Source: Pseudogymnoascus verrucosus
Lineage: Eukaryota
DNA length: 20,000 nucleotides
Assembly: GCA_001662655.1 (NCBI GenBank)
Contig: KV460231.1
Strand: one strand, 5' to 3'
Shown: positions 19,052 through 20,000 of the stretch, piece by piece
Layout: the number at the start of each line of letters is the position of its first letter
How positions within the stretch are numbered: the first letter of the stretch is position 1
The notes under the pieces: model-generated
What the model was told of the DNA's origin: nothing
The model's input: only the letters and a program-made list of their open reading frames with translations
Database searches by the model: none
Position numbers and translations under genes: made by a program

Positions 19052-19739
19052 GGGGAGATAAGGGGGGTTGTATCATATTTTGTATTCGTTTGGGGGAACT
19101 TTCGAGACGGAACGGGGCTGGGAGGGGAGTGGATATTTGGGGGGGGGGATAAGATAAAGATAAGATAGGGATGACTGGGCCTGGGTTGAGCGATAGATCG
19201 TTAAGATGGGGGGGACTGGAGGTGTGTATCGGGGAAGAATCGCGAAGTGGGAGAGGGAGGAGGTAGAGAAAGTAGTAGGAAGGATAGGCAATTCCAAGCT
19301 TGAGAAACGTGTTTTTGAGACTTTCTGCATGATTCTATGTATCTATGTAACTGTGACTGTGATGGCGAGCGTGCTGTATTGGCGTGCGTCTGGACTACTG
19401 CTACCGGTTGTTTTTTTGAGTGCCGTGTGTGCTGCGAGGTCTTAAGCTATGCAAGGGGAGGCAGGGGAACGAAGGGGGGGAAGGGGGGAGTATCACCATT
19501 TGACGACCACCATGATACGAACAAGGAAGGAGAAGAATGTGAAAAATAGTCTTTATACACCCCATGAACTGCCTATAAAACTCCCTCTCTCCCTCCCCTT
19601 TTATATCCCCTTCTTCTCTTATCCTTCTTTAGGTACGAATCCCACGAATCCCATCCCTAACAAACAGCAAAAACCATCCATAAAATATCACCAATCCGTC
19701 AAAAACGCTTCTTTCTTAACAAGGAAGAAGAAAAGGAAA

Positions 19740-20000
<261 letters not shown>

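Overview
Gene-dense eukaryotic DNA from a filamentous ascomycete: short GT-AG introns with CTRAY branch points and CA[A/C]A-type start contexts. A leotiomycete such as Pseudogymnoascus is a guess from style only. The window holds seven housekeeping genes: three divergent pairs plus one more. These are cytoplasmic asparaginyl-tRNA synthetase (-, running off the left edge) with DNA ligase I (+, 4 exons); inositol-pentakisphosphate 2-kinase (-, 3 exons) with the ERMES subunit Mdm34 (+, 2 exons); Nip7 (-, 2 exons) with Noc3 (+, 1 exon); and a 5-exon double-PHD Rco1/Cph-like chromatin protein (+). A terminal ~260-nt poly-C run is probably an artefact. I reconstructed all exon junctions by hand and they are frame-consistent. 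I see no mobile element, RNA gene or accessory gene cluster, so no new multi-gene system. The most interesting signals are hidden isoform logic. (1) The ligase has an upstream in-frame ATG with a mitochondrial-type presequence, and two duplicated 5' splice donors that each rebuild a PCNA-binding PIP box across the intron. (2) The large intron of the PHD gene contains an in-frame, strong-context ATG with an NLS that overlaps the branch point. (3) Sense strands repeatedly switch from C-rich to G-rich near gene 3' ends.
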